From assembly GCA_964573135.1 (NCBI GenBank), contig CAZNIO010000007.1:117-64116 (forward strand): a DNA stretch of 64,000 nucleotides. The letters are read 5' to 3'. The notes under the pieces were generated by a model that saw only the letters and a list, made by a program, of their open reading frames with translations, was not told the origin of the DNA and did no database searches. The DNA is from an uncultured Gammaproteobacteria bacterium. Its GTDB lineage: Bacteria; Patescibacteriota; Patescibacteriia; UBA2196; GWA2-42-15. The number at the start of each line of letters is the position of its first letter. Within the stretch, counting starts at the first letter, position 1. The position numbers and the translations under genes were made by a program. Shown piece by piece: positions 59,788 through 64,000 of the stretch.

Positions 59788-60529
59788 TAAACCAACAACC
59801 ATTATGACCTATAATCAAAAACGTAACTCCATTCTCGCTATTGTTATCTTTCTCGCCGGCCTACTTGCCGGTGGTCGTCTTTTGGTTAAAAAAATTGTTA
59901 TTATGAATAGCGAAGGAGCATCATTACACCAGGTTGTTGAAGTAATTGACGGTGATACTATTAAAATAGAGGGGAATATTCGGGTTAGGCTCTTAGGTAT
60001 TGATTCTCCAGAAGTCGGCGAATGCTATTATCAACCGGCAAAACGAGCGCTTGAAGATTTAATTGCCAAACAACGAATTGAGCTAGAAAAAGATATTACT
60101 GACAAAGATCATTATGGACGACTTCTGCGCTATGTGGCTTTGCCCGTTGAAAATGGAGATAGTATTCTTGTAAACGACTATTTAGTACGCAATGGTAATG
60201 CCCTGGCAATATCAAGTCCACCCAACAACAGGTATAGGGACCTATTTTCTTCAGCACAAGTTATTGCTAAAAGAAATAATTTTGGCTTATGGGGAGCTTG
60301 CGAGAATAATTACAGTAATGAAAGAAGAGAAGCCGATGCCGGTCCGCCCAATCCTGATTGTATTATAAAAGGAAATATATCAGAAAAAGGGTATGGTATG
60401 ACTTATTTAATGCCAGGCTGTGATAATTATGAAACAGTAAAAATTGATACTCGCAAGGGTGAAAAATATTTTTGTACAGAAAAAGAGGCTATAGAGGCAG
60501 GTTTTCGCAAAGCCACCAACTGCCCATAG
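59774..60529 (+). CDS. Membrane-anchored thermonuclease (staphylococcal-nuclease-like) with a C-terminal Cys-containing extension. An alternative start is Met at 59804.
   Basis: TM helix ILAIVIFLAGLLAGGRLLV; SNase core VVEVIDGDTIKIEGNIRVRLLGIDSPEV...YGRLLRYV. Confidence 0.8.
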   Translation: MRGINKPTTIMTYNQKRNSILAIVIFLAGLLAGGRLLVKKIVIMNSEGASLHQVVEVIDGDTIKIEGNIRVRLLGIDSPEVGECYYQPAKRALEDLIAKQRIELEKDITDKDHYGRLLRYVALPVENGDSILVNDYLVRNGNALAISSPPNNRYRDLFSSAQVIAKRNNFGLWGACENNYSNERREADAGPPNPDCIIKGNISEKGYGMTYLMPGCDNYETVKIDTRKGEKYFCTEKEAIEAGFRKATNCP

Positions 60530-60563
60530 CAATTTCCATGATCTATTGCTTTTTATTTAAAAT

Positions 60564-60613
60564 AATGATATAATGAATATAGATTAACAAAACTGTTAAT
60601 GTTTATGTCAAAT
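60564..60613 (+). promoter_or_regulatory. Copy 2 of the 50-bp repeat: promoter (-10 TATAAT 60569-60574), palindromic operator TTAACAAAACTGTTAA (60586-60601) and the start codon of AbiEi.
   Basis: Direct repeat of 58298-58347. AbiEi antitoxins are known autorepressors that bind inverted repeats in their own promoter. Confidence 0.7.
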
Positions 60614-61180
60614 ATCACTAAAAAAATACTAATTTTGGCTAATTCTGGCAAAACAGTTTTTTCTACGAACGACCTAGCTTTAATGTGGAAAATACAGGAT
60701 AAAAATACTTTACGAGTAATAATACATCGTGCCAAGCAAAGAGAGTACTTGGAGCCAATAAAAAAAGGGATATATAAATTAAACCAAAAAAAGGTAGATA
60801 TTTTTGAGTTAGCAGGAAAACTGAAGAAAAACTCATATCTTAGCTTTGAAAGCGTTTTGGCTCAAGCGGGCATTGTTCATCAATGGTATGATGAAATAAT
60901 CCTAGCTAGCAGTAGAAACCTATTTATTAATAATAAATACGGAAAATTTGTATATAGGCAATTGCCAGAAGGGATATTAGCTAATCGGCTAGGGATTGTT
61001 AAAAAAGATAATTACTTTATCGCCTGCCCAGAGAGAGCATTGTGCGACAAGGTATATAAGGATGGTTTAATATATTTTGATGACTTAGCATCTATCGATC
61101 GAGAGTTAATTTTAGATATTAGTCGAATGTATAATAAGCGAGTAATGTTAGATATTAAAAAATTGTTAGATATTAAATAA
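60599..61180 (+). CDS. AbiEi-family antitoxin / transcriptional regulator (type IV TA).
   Basis: N-terminal AbiEi_4-like domain ILILANSGKTVFSTNDLALMWK...LRVIIHRAKQREYLEPIKKGIYKL; immediately upstream of an AbiEii gene. Confidence 0.65.
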   Translation: MFMSNITKKILILANSGKTVFSTNDLALMWKIQDKNTLRVIIHRAKQREYLEPIKKGIYKLNQKKVDIFELAGKLKKNSYLSFESVLAQAGIVHQWYDEIILASSRNLFINNKYGKFVYRQLPEGILANRLGIVKKDNYFIACPERALCDKVYKDGLIYFDDLASIDRELILDISRMYNKRVMLDIKKLLDIK

Positions 61181-61187
61181 TTTCTCT

Positions 61188-61913
61188 ATGCATATAGATA
61201 AAACTGAACACAAGAAAGTTATGCTGAATATTTTGGCTAGCATCTCTTCCCATCCTCTACTGTCTACCAGTCTAGGCTTTAAGGGCGGCACTTGTTGCTA
61301 TTTTTTATATGAGCTAGATAGATTCTCTGTTGATTTAGACTTCGATTTATTACAAGAACAAAAACAAGATGAGATACTTAGCCAACTCGATAAGGTATTA
61401 AAAAAACACGGTGAAACGAAAAAAGAAGGCAATGTTTTTTCTCGCAAGGTTAAATACCATCCTGAGTCCAGCACGATTAAGATTGATATCTCTAATCGTT
61501 TTGATATTAATAAATTAAATACATATGAAGTTAAAGATATTGTCTCTGCTATCCCATTTAATATTCTAGATAAAAAAGATATCTTTGCTCATAAGTTAGT
61601 CGCCCTAGAAGAAAGGTACGCTGACAAAACCTCTTTCAAGACAATAGCCAATCGTGATTTGTATGATATCTATTTCTTTTTTGAAAAAAAATGGAATTTT
61701 AACCCTGAAATTATTAAGCTACGCACAGGAAAAACCGCCATAGAGTACTTAAGAAATTTAAAAATTTTTATTGAGAAAAAGGTTGACGAAAAAAAGATTT
61801 TAGAAGGACTGGGCTCTTTACTAGACGAGAAAAAGAGACATTGGGCAAAAAAGAACTTGAAAAAAGAAGTTATTAAAAAATTAGCTATACAAATAGAAGC
61901 CATGGGCGAGTGA
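61188..61913 (+). CDS. AbiEii/AbiGii-family nucleotidyltransferase toxin.
   Basis: LGFKGGTCCYFLYELDRFSVDLDFD matches the GGTAL...R.S.DlDF motif. Confidence 0.7.
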   Translation: MHIDKTEHKKVMLNILASISSHPLLSTSLGFKGGTCCYFLYELDRFSVDLDFDLLQEQKQDEILSQLDKVLKKHGETKKEGNVFSRKVKYHPESSTIKIDISNRFDINKLNTYEVKDIVSAIPFNILDKKDIFAHKLVALEERYADKTSFKTIANRDLYDIYFFFEKKWNFNPEIIKLRTGKTAIEYLRNLKIFIEKKVDEKKILEGLGSLLDEKKRHWAKKNLKKEVIKKLAIQIEAMGE

Positions 61914-61932
61914 GTGCAGTAAAAAAATATTT

Positions 61933-62688
61933 ATGAAATTTAATAAATCACAAATGCCAAAGCATGTTGCTATAATGCTAGATGGCAATCGTCGCTGGGC
62001 TAGAAAGCATGGTCTAGCAATCATACGAGGCCACCAGCAGATGGTTCGTGAGAATATAGAAAGATTAATAGACCATAGTATTAAGAGGGGTATTAAATAT
62101 CTCACCCTGTGGGTTTTTAGCACTGAGAATTGGGGGAGAAGTAAGTTAGAAATCAATGGACTCATAAAATTATTTCGTGAGATGTTCATGAAAAATGCAG
62201 AAAGAATACATAAGAGAGGTGTTAAGATTAATATTATTGGAGATATGAGTAGATTTCCAAAAGATATTCAGAAAAAGACAGTGGATTGGGTAGAAAAAAC
62301 AAGTAAGAACAAAAAATTTACTCTAACTTTTGCTATGAATTATGGCGGTAGAGATGAAATTTTACGAACTGTTTCTAAATTAGTGGCCAGCTTTATTAAT
62401 GATGAAAAAAAATTAAGCCAACTCAAGGAGAAAGCTCAGCGTGTGGATAATTCGACCAAGCTGTTTTCTGAAGAGTTATTTACTGGCTTGCTTGATACCC
62501 ATGATTTGCCAGACCCAGATATTATCATCCGACCCGGAGGAGAAAAAAGGATGTCTGGATTTATGCCTTGGCAGGCTGTTTATAGCGAGTTTTATTTTAC
62601 AGATGTTTTGGCTCCGGATTTTGATGAGGATGAATACGATAAGGCTTTGATGGAGTTTGCCAAAAGACACAGAAGAGTTGGGAAATAA
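61933..62688 (+). CDS. uppS: Undecaprenyl-diphosphate synthase (cis-prenyltransferase).
   Basis: HVAIMLDGNRRWA; FSTENWGRS; C-terminal RxG motif. Confidence 0.92.
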   Translation: MKFNKSQMPKHVAIMLDGNRRWARKHGLAIIRGHQQMVRENIERLIDHSIKRGIKYLTLWVFSTENWGRSKLEINGLIKLFREMFMKNAERIHKRGVKINIIGDMSRFPKDIQKKTVDWVEKTSKNKKFTLTFAMNYGGRDEILRTVSKLVASFINDEKKLSQLKEKAQRVDNSTKLFSEELFTGLLDTHDLPDPDIIIRPGGEKRMSGFMPWQAVYSEFYFTDVLAPDFDEDEYDKALMEFAKRHRRVGK

Positions 62689-62708
62689 AGAGTTCATTAA
62701 GTTAAAAA

Positions 62709-63119
62709 TTGTTTGCCTTATCAACTGAAATTAATCTTATAAATCCTAAAAATAATAACTTAAAGCAAATAGCTTTTTGTGGCCTATGCTGCCCCCAATG
62801 CGCTAAAATGAAAATAGCCGATGCGGCTGAAGTATTATACGGTGAATTGCAATCAGCCAGGGAGAAGAATATTAATATACCAAATCAGGATCAACCGCTA
62901 GATCAGAGTTTAAAAAACCTGATCAATATGCGTTGTCAAAAGTTTTGCCGTGATGGCGGGGGTAGTCCAGACTGCGAGATAAGGAAGTGTTGCCAAAGGC
63001 AGGGGATAGACGGATGTTGGCAATGTCCCCAATTTAATCAATGTTCTAAATTGAATGCACAGTTTATTAGGAATATAGAGAAAATAAGGAAGGTCGGAAT
63101 TGATGAATATCAAACTTGA
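62709..63119 (+). CDS. Cys-rich protein (DUF3795-like).
   Basis: CGLCCPQCAKMK...CQKFCRDGGGSPDCEIRKCCQRQGIDGCWQCPQFNQC. Confidence 0.45.
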   Translation: MFALSTEINLINPKNNNLKQIAFCGLCCPQCAKMKIADAAEVLYGELQSAREKNINIPNQDQPLDQSLKNLINMRCQKFCRDGGGSPDCEIRKCCQRQGIDGCWQCPQFNQCSKLNAQFIRNIEKIRKVGIDEYQT

Positions 63120-63303
63120 TCTTTTCTGCTGCTACATTCCTTAAAAGCAATTCGTTATGTTGAGAGTAACAATTATAAAATAACCGCCTACCATCTTTGC
63201 TCCTTTTGCTCCAACGATCAATCGAGCTGTGGATAACCCCGCTTGGTTTAATATGTTAAATAGTATATAATTAAACCAGATAATAATATAAATACCTTAT
63301 TAT

Positions 63304-64000
63304 ATGGAACAAAAATATACAAATTTATCAAAAAAAGAGTTAAAATTAATTGAAAATCTTCTTTTAGAAAGAAGGAACATAATAGATTTTGAAACTATCT
63401 ATAACAAATTAAAAAAACAAAAAAGCAGACAATCAGTTAGGAATTTTGTGGCAGAGATGGTTAAAAAGGGGTGGCTCATAAGAATCAAGAAAGGAATTTT
63501 TGAAATATCCGATATTGCCGGTAGGGGGTCAAGTAGTTTATCACAATTAGTTATTGCTCAAATTATAGATCCAAATTCTTACATATCATTTTTTGGTGCC
63601 TTGCAACACCATGGTATGTTTGATCAATATTTGCAGACGATTACCTCGATAACACCGAGGAAGAGCCATCAGAAAAAATTTCATAACTGGAATTTAAAAT
63701 TCATTAAGTCAAAGAAGGGGCTATTTAACGGATATAGAAAAATCAAAATCAATAATTACTATGTTAAAATTGCAGATGCAGAGAAAGCCATTTTGGATGC
63801 ATTGGCATATCGAGTAAATACTGCCAACATCGATTTGGTTTTAGAAAAAATCAGGGAATACCGAAGAAATTTAAATATTAAATATTTACTTCAAATTAGT
63901 AAAAATTATCCCATTAAAACTAAACGAATACTTGGTTTTTTATTAGATATCAATAACGTTAATACCCAAGAATTTTATCAGCAAACAAGAAGTCGGGTAG
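63304..64000 (+). CDS. Second AbiEi-family antitoxin-like gene, 3'-truncated by the window end.
   Basis: Open frame from ATG 63304 to the window end: MEQKYTNLSKKELKLIENLLLERRNIIDFETIYNKLKKQKSRQSVRNFVAEMVKKGWLIRIKKGIFEIS (AbiEi N-terminal pattern). An upstream inverted repeat GGTTTAAT-N17-ATTAAACC (63245-63277) surrounds a TATAAT box. Confidence 0.55.
   Translation, partial: MEQKYTNLSKKELKLIENLLLERRNIIDFETIYNKLKKQKSRQSVRNFVAEMVKKGWLIRIKKGIFEISDIAGRGSSSLSQLVIAQIIDPNSYISFFGALQHHGMFDQYLQTITSITPRKSHQKKFHNWNLKFIKSKKGLFNGYRKIKINNYYVKIADAEKAILDALAYRVNTANIDLVLEKIREYRRNLNIKYLLQISKNYPIKTKRILGFLLDINNVNTQEFYQQTRSRV

Noticed and set aside
63120-63300. Non-coding stretch after the Cys-rich gene, scanned for a tRNA or small RNA.
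   Set aside because: No cloverleaf or conserved ncRNA signature could be built. Only the inverted repeat at 63245-63277 was kept, as a candidate AbiEi operator.

Overview
The window is a low-GC (~35%) genome fragment with few Shine-Dalgarno sequences and many small overlapping genes, resembling a Candidate Phyla Radiation (Patescibacteria) bacterium. From 5' to 3': two giant secreted or surface proteins (a 5'-truncated one of at least 1265 aa, and one of 1741 aa with a dockerin-like N-terminus, CARDB-like repeats and Cys-rich modules) that share a C-terminal tandem ~55-aa module. Next come a HigB/HigA-like TA pair immediately downstream of polA, three EamA/DMT transporter paralogs, tRNA-Cys(GCA), a stand-alone receiver domain, NUDIX, HtpX, HicAB and a second HigBA-like pair. 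After a hydrolase / FAD-oxidase / GNAT / B3-4 run there is a radical-SAM/SPASM enzyme with two tandem small membrane-protein paralogs, which appears to be a cassette inserted at the 3' end of lemA and flanked by ~63-bp direct repeats. A complete type IV pilus / competence-pilus cluster follows (pilM-N-O, pilB, a PilT-like ATPase with degenerate catalytic motifs, pilC, major pilin, pilD, four minor pilins). The rest contains uvrA, a minus-strand uvrB-uvrA2-uvrC(short) operon, an AbiEii-like locus, dprA, a YhhQ-family transporter, ppsA, groES-groEL with an upstream CIRCE operator, an O-antigen-ligase-like protein, and a 3' island. In that island a GHKL-ATPase / STAS-like (DUF4325) / membrane thermonuclease module is flanked by 50-bp direct repeats of an AbiEi promoter-operator-start region, followed by AbiEi/AbiEii, uppS, a Cys-rich protein and a second, truncated AbiEi. 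No rRNA or CRISPR array was seen. All calls rest on motif-level reading of the supplied translations; no database search was possible.
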